NCBI GenBank assembly: GCA_963924565.1
Contig: OZ004608.1
Span: 29,326,001 to 29,390,000, forward strand
Reading direction: 5' to 3'
Origin: Ascidiella aspersa
Lineage: Eukaryota
Length of the DNA: 64,000 bases
The first letter of the stretch is position 1. Each line of letters starts with the position of its first letter. A model generated the notes under the pieces. That model ran no database searches and was not told where the DNA came from. It saw nothing but the letters and a program-made list of their open reading frames with translations. Below, in pieces: positions 34,963 to 48,200 of this stretch. Position numbers and translations under genes: made by a program.

Positions 34963-37900
34963 TTACGCTTTCGAAGTCCCACCAGTAGGAGCTGTGTTTG
35001 CGCCCGAGACCACTGGAGGATTGAAAAAAGCGGTCGACCCGTCGCTGTTTCCTGGGTGATGGTCGCTGCCGGCCAGGTTCTCGTATGAAGGAGGTGTGCT
35101 TTGGCCTGTTCAACGACGAGCAAAAAACGGCTCTGTTTATACTGTTGGTTGTATACCCAAATGCAATTATCCTCAAAATTTCAAGCGTTTCGATAACCAC
35201 TTTGATTTAACAACCGATTAACAATTGCCCAACGTCGAGCAAGGATTTCGGAAATTTACCACATTGGAAAGATCGGGGCGAACTTTGAAAGAATGGGTAT
35301 TATTCACTTAGGTCTGTGTTTAATTAAAAGCGATTAGTTTCAGTTGCATGAAATCACCGAATTGAATTCACCCGAATCAAAAGGCAATATACAGGGTGGC
35401 CTCACAATTTTGTGGAAAAACTCCAAAAAATATTTCACAGATCTAAAATTGAAAAGCCTGAGTTTTTATAAATATAATAATTAACAAAATAGTATAATTA
35501 CTACGGTCAACACAATTTAAAAAAGTCGTAAAAAAGAATGATTTTTAACAGCACTTTTTAAACACATAATTTAAACTGGACATAAAATCAATTTACCCAC
35601 TATTCATAGACGTTTCAAATGAATTTTAAAGACTTTTAAAGGTTGAAATACTTTGTGACAACCCTATATATAGCACTCACCAAAACGCCCTTGAGATTTT
35701 ACAAAATAATATACCAATTAAAAGAAAAACTCGATTCTAAAGGCAAATTATTCACTTTTAATAAATACAACTTCAATTTTTGAATGATGCATTTAGATCT
35801 AACCATTTATAATTTTACCCTATGGTAAACTACCCGTTGTGTATGAACTCAAATTGCTTGTTTATATTATAATATGCGTTTTGACAAAAAACGTAGTTTG
35901 TAACTGAGTGTTACACTTGGCTTACGGTTGGGGCTTAAGCACAGTTCAAATTGAAATATATTAAAATATGTTACAGATGAAAGCATGCTTTCTGAAGAAA
36001 GTTCATGCTACACTATGGATTACCGATTGGGTGTATAATAAACACTAAAAATATATCATGGCATGAGTATTATTACGAGTATTATTGTCTAAAGTTTTTT
36101 AGCGTAAATAAATATTTAAGATAATACTGTAGGTGAAACGCTTTGTGACAAATACTTTACGGTTCCTAAACCATTTTTGACCTCATGATAAACAAGAAAT
36201 ATAAGATTAGAAATGTATGATTAACAGAAATTGTGAGAAATCATACAAGATTGATTGTGGATTTGCGGGTACATTAAACAGCCTGGGTTTGATTATGCAG
36301 TTAAAAGCATTAGTTTTGCTTTGCTACGTACCAGTAGAAGCAACCATGCTGCTGCTCATAAAAGGTGTGTTATGGCCATCTGCAACTAAAATATGTGCAA
36401 CATTTAAAATTGAATTTTGAAATTGACATATCGTGGCTTTGTAACATTTACCAAAATAGATTTTTAAAGTGACATTTGCTATTAGGAAGTTGAAAATAAA
36501 AAAAAATGACCATGAGGTAAAACCATACTGTTTATTTTGACAAAAGTTGCCATTCTAATAGTTTTTCTCATTTCTCAAGAAGATGTTTGCAAACTTATGT
36601 AAGGGTGATATGGTATAAATAACACACACCATTTCAAACAGCAAGCATTTTGTTTGGTGTAAATTTCACAAAGTTTTCATTGTTTATAGAAGATACAGAG
36701 GGGTATTTTATAAGGTAACCATGTTTATGTTTTAAGAGTATTTTTTAATGAGAAATAAACAGTTTTCTTTCTACAGCAAAAGCCTTTTTTTGCACCAAAA
36801 ATATATGTATTTTCATGTCAGAAAATGTACCAAAATTAATGTTGTATTCTCCTCCCCTGTCTCTATACATCTGAAACAGCAGGATTCCAGAAAATGGCTT
36901 GATGATGAGGTTTAAAATCGCCATACCTAAACAAAAGATATAGTACTAGAAGTTATGTAATGAACGTTACAAAAAAGGTACTACTATAATAAGTAAATAC
37001 AAAAATATTTCATTTAATGATCAAATAACAATTTAAATTGATTGTGTGTTTGAAGCATTGAAACCTTTTTGGCTAATCCTGTGAATAAAATATCTCTATG
37101 TGTCTAGTAGTGCGAGAAATTAAGTGATCAGGGTCAAACTCTCTTGACTGCTAATAGGAGGAGCAAACTCATTGGCTTGTTGATAAATTTAGATCAAAAT
37201 TAAGCTTAAATGTGAATGACAAAAAAGGCATGCAGGTTAAATGGTATAGGGCGAAGTCATTCAGGAGATCAGACAAATAAGTTAATAGGAATATAGCAGA
37301 AATACATTTAAATTCAACTTACCCTCACTGAAATGTGTGGCCGAGGATCCTTCATGTGAAAAGTACAGAGATAAGCAGACAATGTCCACTATGCACGAGA
37401 TAACTTGCATGGTCAGCAGCTGTGAAATAGGATAGGGAATATTTTAAAACACAGAAGTTTTTTTTTAATGTACTTTCATTTTGCAAATGAATTTGTAAAA
37501 TATGAACAATGTTTACAATAAAGGATATAAGTTTGCAGTGGTTGTGCAAAGATAAAAGGTAACCTACCTCGCATACGCACATTATTTGGGTAAGGATGCG
37601 GGTTAGTGTTATAGTTTGGGTGGGTCAAGTATTTTTAAATTTATTCTACCAGTTTACAATTTTAATTTGGGCGACTGGCTTTGTTACTGTACCTATAAAA
37701 AGTGGTAGGATTCTAGACCACAGCTCAAAAATGATAAAGAAGTATTAGGTCACAAGCTATGATATCACAGTTTTACTATGAACATTAATGTGAAGTAAAA
37801 CAAAGCTATTTATATAAAATTTATGATCAGTGTTGCACAATTTAATACACAAAATATATCTTGTTAAAATAAGTTAATTTTGTGTACTTCTGAATCAAGT

Positions 37901-39939
37901 TATAAAGACCGTGCAGTTACAATTAGGACTACTGTTAGAAATATTTTTGCAATGGTCTGATTATAATTTACTCACCAAAAAGATTGCATCCACAGACTGC
38001 TTATCTGCAATTGCCCAAATTCCAATTGCCAACAGGGTGAGATTACACCACAAGTACGCGCCACCAACCCATGCCAACTGCGTCCTAAATTGGGGTTGTA
38101 AAGGTGTTGCAAATGTTAAGAAATACAAACTTACGGTATACTATGATATGTAAGCTATTATCGTTGATCAAACAACCACTTTAGAAAGGCTAGATCAGGG
38201 GTCGGCAACATTTTTATTGAAGGCCAAACCAAACTCACCAAGTTCTAGGAAGCCGTGAAAAATTTCCATTAACAACTTTTGTTAAAAAACGTGTGGCTTT
38301 TAAGCACTCTTAATCAGGGTTGTACATGTTTTATGCAATTGAAAATGAGTCTAATTGAAAAAAAAAGTTGCACCATGCAAAGCACAAAAATATGCTTTTG
38401 TTCAAATTAAATTGACAAACCTTTTAATTTACAGAAGACATGTCGCATTGTGCACACATACAAAAAATATCTTTCCGACACTCAAAATTATACAAAAAAA
38501 TAATATGTAATATATTTTTAGAGAGTTTTATGTTACGAATAATTTCCACTTAGACAGTTTTTGTGTGTATGTCTGTTTGGTCTGAGAAGACCCCTCAAAA
38601 CTAAAACCAACTTCAAAGTAAAATAAGATTTGGGCGAACGTTATAATAGGTACACATATGTGGTAGGACTTTGTGTCTATTTTGAGAAGGAGCTAGTGGG
38701 TTTTTCACTGCTGGTGAGCCCGATTCGGCCAGAGGTTGCCCAACCCCCCCCCCCCCCTTTTTTTTTTTATTGAAACACAAAATTTTATTGTACAGAAAGC
38801 TTACCAGACAAAGAGCATCCAGTGAACAAGTACAATAGCCTGGAAATAAAATATGGTAATGTCTTATAAAACGTGTACTGCCACAGGAAAAACATTTCAT
38901 GATCCACATTATGTTACATTAATCCACAGATATTTTCACATTAAGGCATCGTGTAGCAAAAATAAAATATACCAAGTAGTTTTCCAAACAGTTATTAGGT
39001 GCCAAAGGCGTAGCCAGGGTATTTTGCGCCCGGGGGCAAACTATAGAATTGGCGCCCCCTCCTCCATGTTTAATCATATTTTCTATTACAGTAACATAAT
39101 GTACCTTACCTTATACGAAAAAAACGATTCAAATTTTAATACAACATTGTATTTAAAGAAGAAGCACCCTCATTTTAGCATTTGTAAGCCTCATTTTGGC
39201 GCCCCGGTACCTTAGCGCCCGGGGACATATGTACCCCACCGCACCCCCCTAGTTTTTAACTTAATTAGTTTCTGCAGATAGACATTAATCTTTCTAGTTT
39301 AAAGCATTGGCGCTGGTCTAGAAACCTACCACAACAATCATTATTTGGGTTAGCGTAGGCTAGGAATTGTACCAAAATTATTAAATCAACGCACAATATT
39401 GGGATAGGGTGGAAGTTAGCGTTTAGGTGTGGGCGGGTGAAGTATTATTACATTTATTATTTAATAATAAAACTTGACCCACCCTAACCCAAAACGCTAA
39501 CCAGCAGCCTAACCTAAATAATGTGCGTTGTGGTAGGATTCTAGATCAGCGCCGGCAATATTATTAAGTAATAAATATAATAATACTAACCCAGGCGCTG
39601 GTCTAGAATCCTACCACAACGAAACACCTTTTGGGTTAGGGTGCGGGTTAGCGTTTGGGTAAAGGTGGGTCAAGTATTATTATTAAATAAAGAATATAAT
39701 AATACTTGACCCACCCACACCCAAACGCTAACCCGCAACCTAACTCAAATTTTGTGCGTTGATTTTAGAACGGTGGTAGGATTCTAGACCAGCGCCCTAA
39801 CCCACCCTCACCCAAACACTAACCGACACACTAACTCCAACCTTAATATTATGAGGTGCTTTATTAATTGTTTCAACGCCATAGTAGAATTCTAGACCAG
39901 CGCCTAAGCATTACATACCTTTAAGGAAATCGACGGCAT
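34963..39939 (-). CDS. AGTRAP: Type-1 angiotensin II receptor-associated protein homolog; 6 coding exons, 166 aa, multi-pass membrane protein
   Basis: Exons 39939-39919 (MPSISLK), 38839-38805 (AIVLVHWMLFVW), 38084-37976 (TQLAWVGGAYLWCNLTLLAIGIWAIADKQSVDAIFL), 37419-37323 (LLTMQVISCIVDIVCLSLYFSHEGSSATHFSE), 36926-36831 (GMAILNLIIKPFSGILLFQMYRDRGGEYNINF), 35105-34963 (GQSTPPSYENL...SKA*) join in frame (501 nt). This matches remembered AGTRAP motifs HWLLTTW, YAWANFTILALGVWA, SIDAI and GMAILSLLLKP...MYRERGGE. Confidence 0.9.
35392..35666. mobile_element. Tc1/mariner-like MITE remnant in AGTRAP last intron
   Basis: TA|CAGGGTGGCCTCACAA...TTGTGACAACCCTA|TA: imperfect TIRs flanked by TA. Confidence 0.45.
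39309..39904. mobile_element. Stack of palindromic Merlin-like MITEs (copies 39309-39553, 39594-39796 and an outer right end at 39904)
   Basis: 24-bp TIR GGCGCTGGTCTAGAATCCTACCAC. The inner copy has perfect 8-bp TSD CTAACCCA (39586-39593, 39797-39804). The whole stack is flanked by AAAGCATT/TAAGCATT. A further partial copy lies at about 37581-37723. Confidence 0.8.
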
Positions 39940-39974
39940 GACGAAGTGTGAACGATTGCTTTTTAACTAAGAAT

Positions 39975-40120
39975 CCGCAACCGACTTCCTTTTCAATGTG
40001 TCATATCTCCACTAATGCCAGTGACATCAGTCAGCCTTGGAATTTCGAAGGGCTGTAAATCACGTGAATTAAAAACGCACGTGACTTGATCACGGGTTGT
40101 CAACAAAGTCACGCACTAAA
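39975..40120 (-). promoter_or_regulatory. AGTRAP proximal promoter with E-box/CLEAR-like cluster
   Basis: TCACGTGA 40060-40067, GCACGTGAC 40077-40085, further TCACG half-sites near 40090 and 40109, TGACATCA 40022-40029 and an ETS core GGAAGT (minus) at 39984-39989, all within about 180 bp upstream of the ATG. Confidence 0.55.
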
Positions 40121-40520
40121 ATATGTCGGCGTCTTTTAGGTTTTATTTTTTTGTTCTTAACAGATAATTAAGTTATGAGGATAACTGGTGAGATTAAAAG
40201 GAGTTGAAAATATTATCTGGCATTTTTTTCTTAAATGCACTGTTTTAAACCAGTGGTTCTTAAACGTTTTCACCTGGCTGATCCTATTTGAGTTGACTTC
40301 ATAAATATTTAAATAAAAAAACTTACCTTACAGTAAATCTTCTTAACATTTTTATCAGAATTTATGCAAACAAACTGTCGTTTAATTTATTATCATAAAA
40401 CCCAATATGGAGAATATGCTTTAGTTGGCACGGTCGGATTAAGGGTAGCCTACTACTTAGTTAGAAGATTTAAAGTGTGCTTTATTGAAAATAATGCGTT
40501 ACGCAGAATTTACTGGAAAA

Positions 40521-40704
40521 TACTTCGGCAACTATTTTTTGACGCTTTAAAGCGCATCCAACATGGACCGTACATATTTTGGAAGTTTTAACAATCTACA
40601 CAACACGGTTCTTACTTCGGCAACTATTTTTTGACGCTTTAAAGCGCATCCAACATGGACCGTACATATTTTGGAAGTTTTAACAATCTACACAACACGG
40701 TTCT
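40521..40704. repeat. Perfect tandem duplication of a 92-bp unit
   Basis: TACTTCGGCAACTATTTTTTGACG...CAACACGGTTCT starts at both 40521 and 40613. Confidence 0.9.
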
Positions 40705-40843
40705 TTTCACAATTTTTATTTAATTAGACTGTGTTATCCACAAAGTCATTTGATTTATGACGTTTACCATATTATAATTTTAAAGTGCAAACTATGTTTA
40801 GCGTATACTGACTATAAAAAGATTACACCGCTTGAGTAATACT

Positions 40844-40849
40844 TTTATT
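40844..40849 (-). terminator. Candidate polyadenylation signal ending a ~1.4-kb CADPS 3' UTR
   Basis: AATAAA on the minus strand at the end of a repeat-free, U-rich stretch running from the CADPS stop at 42276. Confidence 0.4.
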
Positions 40850-42275
40850 TAGTTGCTGAACACCACAAGGTAAGCATGTGGGTGGAATACTATAAAGAGG
40901 TGCAACAGACGAACACAGAAACGTAGGGAGAGGAGAGCGACGATAGTTATGAAGACATGATTATTGACATTTCGATGACGGTTAATTAGAAGGGGCAGCA
41001 ACATTGCACGGAAAGAAAACACACAAGGGCAGAAGAAGAAGGGGGATAGAACGACACCTCTTAAAGGTACGAGAAATACACGGCGACTGTAATACTTTTG
41101 AAACTTCATTGAAAAGCGATTTATTGCAAAAAAATCGGCCGTTGATATTGCTTTTGGATTTCCCTGAGGGTCATTGTCATGGGTTAAATGGCTGTGGTAC
41201 GAACGCTGTTTTGGTCTTGCCTAATATTCCAGCATACATAAAGAAAAAAAGATTTTCGCTGTAGGTTAATTTATAGCATGTGTTTTTGCGGCGTGCAGGT
41301 AAAAATGTCGCAATGGCATACAACTTTATGGCACCGACAAAATAGAAAACAATGCGAAAATGACAAAATAAGTTCTAGGGAAGCCTGCGGTATTAAGATT
41401 AATTGCAAAACCGCGCTATGCTGTCAAGGCGCTATATAGTAGAGGGGTCCGTTTTTTTTTAATTCAAATACAAAAGCTGTCAAAAGTCGATGGCACGAAA
41501 TTGATGTTGACATACGACCGTAGCAAAACAAACCGCACTCGCAAAATAGGTATATTGCTTCATTGGGAACATTATTAAGAAAAACGGAAAACACGAAGAA
41601 GGATAAGTTTAAACGGTCTCCTAGCGCCTTATGAAGAATGCTCAACAATATGTTGCGAATACACTTTCAACACGACAGTGGGCGAAGGGAAATAGCACGC
41701 AACTTCAACGTATAGTGTCACATCGTTTGTGGTTTAACAACGAAGGGTCCGGTGTAGCGTTTTCATCGTTGACAAACTCGTGTGTCAAAATTGCACAAAT
41801 ACTTGTGGCGCAGCGAAATGACGTATTATTGCGAAGGGCGCAGAAAACACAGGACACAATGATAAAAGCACTAAAAACGACATCAACTACAACAACATGC
41901 CCTGGTAAACGGATAGCAGCCATTTTGGGGGCAGTTTGGTTAGTCAACCAGCATGTCAGCATATGCGAAACTAAAACAACTAAAAAACCTAAAAAACTAG
42001 AACGTGTTTATAGGAAGCAACAACATCAACGACGTCAAACGTACTTAGTAGTTAGTAAAATTGTTGTTGAAGGACAGAAAATGTGCAAGACAGGGAAAAA
42101 ATAAAGTCGTGACCGCAACAACAACAAAAACACACATTTTTTTTCACAGTAAAAAACCTTTTCGAAGAAGCGAGATTTAAGATGTGTATTGCCTTTTTTC
42201 AAAAACCTAAGATGCCACCAGCTAAAAATAACACAACTACATACGAAACAGTTCCCAGATTCGCGGAGGAGACGT

Positions 42276-45200
42276 CTATTCGCTCTCCAGTTCGTCTTCG
42301 GACTCCTTCATGGTGATGTTGTTGCCAAGGGGACCGATAGTAACCGAAGCTGTGGCCTCTTCCACCTGTTGAAGAGTTAAGCGGGACTTTTAGTGATAGC
42401 TAAGTTACACATAGACGCCAAGTTTTGGGTGCTTAGGCCGCCACGAGCACCCCTTGCAGAACTTGGGGTGCTCGGCCCCCCTAAATAATCTCGATAAATC
42501 TTCCCGTAAAATATTGTATATTTAGTTTGATGCGTGCGATTGTGAACGCTAACAGTTAGTCAAATACTTTAAGCTCTGTTTCCCATGAGGCAAATACCTG
42601 CCTATAGCAAATAAGCTATTTCTTTCAGGTATAGTTTGGTTATTAATAAGAACGTTTACAGTTACTTTTATTCGGTAAAACGAAACCGATAAGACCATTA
42701 AGGGGCTTTGTCTAAAATGCAAGACGGATTTGTTTTTCGCATTTACTAAGCAAAAAACATATTAAATCTTAAAAGTTAAATTATATTACTCCACATGATA
42801 TAAGTGCATCTTTTTCAGAGAGCATTAAGTGACGTCATATTAAGCGAAATTTTTCAGCATCCCAAGTACACGTGCAAGGAGCTACCGTTGAATTTTTTTT
42901 CCCTGGAAAATCGCAGCGCATAAACGCCGTTTTTTTATTGTGCGAAATAAACACGATAAACGAAAAACCAATCGACGAACAAACTAAAACAGAAAAAGGA
43001 TGAACTCACGGTGAGACGCTTGTGGACGCTCTCGTAGTCCTTGGAGCGTACGTCGGTGACTCCCTGCAACTCGAAGTCCTGGTAGAGCTTCTTGAAAATC
43101 TTAATAAGGGTCTTAAGCTGGTGAAGGTGCAGCTGTAACTCGGAACGCTCCTGAAGCCAGCTGGCGATCAGCTTGGCGCAAGACTTGTACCAGCGCTGAA
43201 GGGAAAAGGCAAAGCGTGATTGGTTGAAAAATTGTTTTAAAAAATGCGCCAAAACGAAAATGCATTTTTTTAGTAACGACCTTAATGTCCTCATTTTTCG
43301 CAGGTACTATGCTATGCAATTGCTATACGGATTGACCACAATCTGGGCCTAGTGGCGCCCGCTCGAAACGAGAGATATTGTTTTATTGATTGGATAGTGG
43401 AATCCAAGGTTTATGCTGACCCGGTGTGAACTTACAACTAACTTTCATCATAAGTATTAGTTATACTTCTAAAATTGACTTTTTTAACATGTTTTTTATA
43501 CTACAACATGGTATCAGTGTTGGCGTCGCGCAGACATTGGTGGCTATAATACATAGTATGCCACGTATTTTGTTTGTTAATTGAGGACATTTCAAGTACC
43601 TTACAGTCCTTTAATACTCAAAATGTCATTAACGCTATGCATCCTTTTCTAGGATAGCATTTGTGTATTATACAATATAAAATATAAGCTGTTATACACA
43701 GTGGGTAGTTGTATTTTACTATCAAGTTGTATTATAGGCGGTTCTATACAGTGAACAAGGGTATTTTGAATACCAAGTTGTACTATGGCCGGTTCTATAC
43801 AGTGAACAAGGGTATTTTGAATACCAAGTTGTACTATGGGCGGTTCTATACAGTGTACAATGGTAATTTTACTACCAAGTTGTACTATGGGCGGTTCTAT
43901 ACAGTGAACAAGGGTATTTTGAATACCAAGTTGTACTATGGGCGGTTCTATACAGTGAACAAGGGTATTTTTACTACCAAGTAGTATTATTGGCGGTTCT
44001 ATACAGTGAACAAGGGTATTTTGAATACCAAGTTGTACTATGGGCGGTTCTATACAGTGAACAAGGGTATTTTGAATACCAAGTTGTACTATGGCCGGTT
44101 CTATACAGTGAACAAGGGTATTTTTACTACCAAGTAGTATTATTGGCGGTTCTATACAGTGAACAAGGGTATTTTGAATACCAAGTTGTACTATGGGCGG
44201 TTCTATACAGTGTACAATGGTAATTTTACTACCAAGTTGTACTATGGGCGGTTCTATACAGTGAACAAGGGTATTTTAACTTCCAAGTAGTATTATTGGC
44301 GGTTCTATACAGTGAACAAGGGTATTTTAACTTCCAAGTAGTATTATTGGCGGTTCTATACAGTGAACAAGGGTATTTTAACTTCCAAGTAGTATTATTG
44401 GCGGTTCTATACAGTGAACAAGGGTATTTTAACTTCCAAGTAGTATTATTGGCGGTTCTATACAGTTAACAGCGTACAGACAATAACTGCGTAAATACCG
44501 CAAAAAAGTACCGTACAACTACAAACAGGCGACACCAGACGGCGTAGCAGAGTCATACGAGCACTCACTGAAAATACTTGCTCGACGAACATCTCGTCGT
44601 TGATGCGATCGCGCAGCACATCCTGGTTTGCGCGCGTGAAACTTGTGAAGCTGGCGGCCAGCTCCATGCCGGGTTTCTGTAGATTAAATAAAAACGCCGG
44701 TTGGCATTTGCTCGGGGTTTGTGTTGTAGTTGTACATACAGATTTCAGCAATAAGATCGAAATACCTAATAGTCGTACTAATGTCTAAATCAGTCGGAAT
44801 AAGACCTAAATGGCCATAATCTAACTTATACAACTTTTTACAAAACCCAGATATAATACTGTATTTATTGAGCTTTATTATGTCGTTGGTCCTAGTGCAA
44901 AAGAATATTCTGCTTTAAATATTGTTGTCTTGTAGGTCTACGCATCAAAACAGTACTTGTATTAACGTGGCTACGGGTTGGCACAAAGCTCCGAGATAAT
45001 TTTAAGATAATTTTCAAATAAAGATGCCCCTTAGACATTTAACTGGTTTAAGTAAGTTAGAAGGTGGTAAATAAGAACACAATATGGGGTTACGATGAGG
45101 GTTTGGCGGAAATGGAAGTTTGTAAGGATTTTTGAATAGAGAACTACGAAAAGCGTTTTAGATATCAATATTTCTACTCTTATGCTTTTTATAAAACCCA

Positions 45201-48200
45201 AAACGGTATTTTTCTTCTCCAACGTTTCGACGTCCTATATCCTTTTTTTATCAGGGAGAGTGACACAGGACACTAAAAAATGAAAAATGTTTTATTTTTT
45301 AAACTATTTTTTTTTGTAATCATACACATATCTGTGAAATTATCTGAAATCAAACGAAATAATTAAAACCAGTTAAATCCATTAGGCCGAACGAAATGCA
45401 CTGGGACCAATTAAACAACAGTCTAATACACGATTTAAAAAAAAAACAAAAAAAACATGAAATATGAAGGCAAGGCCACAGTCATCAGAACACTTTGCAA
45501 TAACTGATAACAACCATCTCTAATTTTGAGCAGGTGTCATTTATGATTTTCATTTTTGTTATATTTTTTAAACTTGAGGTGATTCTCTGAAACAAGCAAA
45601 TACCTGTAACCATACTTCTCTTTAATGAAACAAAATAATTCAACATGGTAAACTCATTAAGCAGAACGAATTGCACTGGGACAAATTAAACGACAATCCA
45701 ATCACTTGTTCAACGAGCACGCCTAAGTATGTTGGTCCTTGTGGGGCATTAATTATCAAAACGCAACGGAGCTGCCTAATTTCTCTGTAATTTAAATGCA
45801 TAAGAAAACCCAATGTACCGTGAGTGCGAAGAGGTTGACGGTGAAGGATCCCTCGTCGTATCGCGACAGTTTGGCGAGCACAGCAAGTAGAATCTTGTCG
45901 AACTAAGGAAAAAAGAGTTGGGTTTGCACACACAATAATTTAAATCCTTTTGGTTATAAATGTAACTGAAATAACAAAGCTTAAAAAAGATCGAAAAAAC
46001 AGCTACGTTAGAGGTCGCCAAAAACGACATCATCTCTTATGCTGCCGCAAATTATTAGTATGTTAAAATGATTTTCTTGTGTAATAGATCCATAGATGTT
46101 TGATGGTCGTAACAATTTCTTTAAATATGATCAGTGTTTTTAACTGTTTAAAAAAGTTAAAAAAAATTATGCTAGCAAGGTAGCAAGATTATACACTTTC
46201 CTGTTAATAAAACAAACTGTTTTTTCTATACTATTGCGATAGTTATCAGTGTGTTTCCATTTTACAAGAAATATTTAAAAAAAAAGTCATTTCTTATGGT
46301 TACAACTCGCTTCGAATGACAGAGATACTGTTATAAACAATAAAAATAAAAAATGGTATTATTTTATCAATTCTGGTTGAAACCATTTAAATTGTCTTGT
46401 TTTGAGGTTTGGCCGATTTTTATGGGTTGCTTTTGCGATTCATTAAAAAAAAGATAGAACCAATAAGGGTAAAAAAACATATACAGGAAAATCATGAAAA
46501 CATTGGACATACAATTTAAAATTGTTTAAGCAAACATGAATCCCAATTTCAGGAACCCTCAAAATGGTATTACAAACGAAATGAAAAACTAAATAGCATC
46601 CCAACAAGCCCCAATAAGCAATTACAATCGAGATACGTTTTTATAAAGATTGGCAAATACGTAAAATAAAGAATATTACGATAAGTTGCTGCTATCTAAT
46701 AGCGTTAAAAATATCAACTATAAGAACTGTTTCATAAAACAACGACGACGAAAATAATAAAATGCTTTTATAGTTTCAAGGCCATATAAAACCGATTACC
46801 CACACACCAGGCCCAGGCAAAAAGCAAAAAACACGGCTTTGGAAAACGTGCACTCACACGCTCGACAAGTTGGGACTCAATGCTCTCAAAGGCGTCATCT
46901 AGAACCTTCTCTACCTCGACGTGATAAAGATGCTGGGTTCCCGATGCGTCGTGTCCTGATGCGCAGATCTTCTCCGACTGTTGCCTGGCAACCGGGGAAG
47001 AGGGAAAAATAAGGTTGCGAGAAATGTCAAATGCTGGTCGTACGAAAGGCAGCAGTTTTTAATATAGGATAATCACTAATCAGGTGGCACTACATATAGA
47101 CAAATTGTATTTAAGTCTTGACAAGCTTTCGCACAACCGTGTTGGAATTGGCGTCTATTTAAAGTTAGCTTTTTCTATAAATAGGTCCAGGTTAAAGTAA
47201 AATATCTAAAAAATTGCTAGGTTAAAAGTAAAATAACTAGAAAATAAATACACAACTGTAGACAAATTATATTTAAGTCTTGACAAGCTTTCGCACAACC
47301 GTGTTGGAATTGGCGTCTATTTAAAGTTAGCTTTTTCTATAAATAGGTCCAGGTTAAAGTAAAATATCTAAAAAATTTCTAGGTTAAAAGTAAAATAACT
47401 AGAAAATAAATACACAACTGTAGACAAATTATATTTAAGTCTTGACAAGCTTTCGCACAACCGTGCTTCATTAGGTCAAAGAAGAAATAAAAAGAATTAA
47501 AACGCACGTAAAAGCACAAGCGCGAGTAAAATGCGATAAGAATGGTGACGTCTAACATATCCACAGAGCTTTATAGCACGCCTTACCCTACTAACAATTA
47601 GACAAATGCGGCCATAAATGCATTTACAAAGATTTTTAACATAGTATCATAAACGGTGAAGTAGTAGCATCGGGGCAGCTTCGATACAAAATTCGGAAGT
47701 TACCTTGGTATTGGGTGGGCATCGATACCAACTGAAATTAAGAATTTAAGCGATGCCTTGTGATCTAACGGGGTGATTTGTATTTTATAGGTGTGTATCA
47801 GAGAAAAAAATAAGTTAAAAAATCGAAGATGAAAAGGCTTCCAATAACGCAAAATCAAATTTCGGACTACTACGCTGAAAGTCATTAGCAATCACATTTC
47901 AACTTGATGGCTTGTTTAACCATTGTAATGAGAACATTTGGTATCCGATCGGTTTGCGGTTCTTTTTGCTCAAAATATCGGGTATTGGATTAAAATACCC
48001 AGTATCCGACATTCGTAGCAGAAGTTATAGTTAAACTTTTTTCGATATGCGCAAACCAGACAAAGCGGTTATGAAAGAAAAAATGGCTCCAAAAATCTTA
48101 AAAATACCAAGGAGAAAGTTAACTATGAACTTAACGCAATTTTGCATTTTATACATAACTTAAATCGACGCGGTGAAAGGCGACTTGCGAATCGCGACAA

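Noticed and set aside
39340-39830. GGGTTAG/CTAACCC runs as interstitial telomere
   Set aside because: They are isolated units inside the palindromic arms of MITEs, not tandem TTAGGG arrays.
41631-42104. 157-aa plus-strand ORF
   Set aside because: Antisense to the U-rich CADPS 3' UTR, low-complexity K/Q/T composition and no recognisable domain.
43703-44467. Repeat array as CRISPR or as a repeat protein (ORFs 43709-43984, 43990-44223)
   Set aside because: Units are contiguous with no unique spacers, the context is a eukaryotic intron, and the ORFs are by-products of a 51-bp period.
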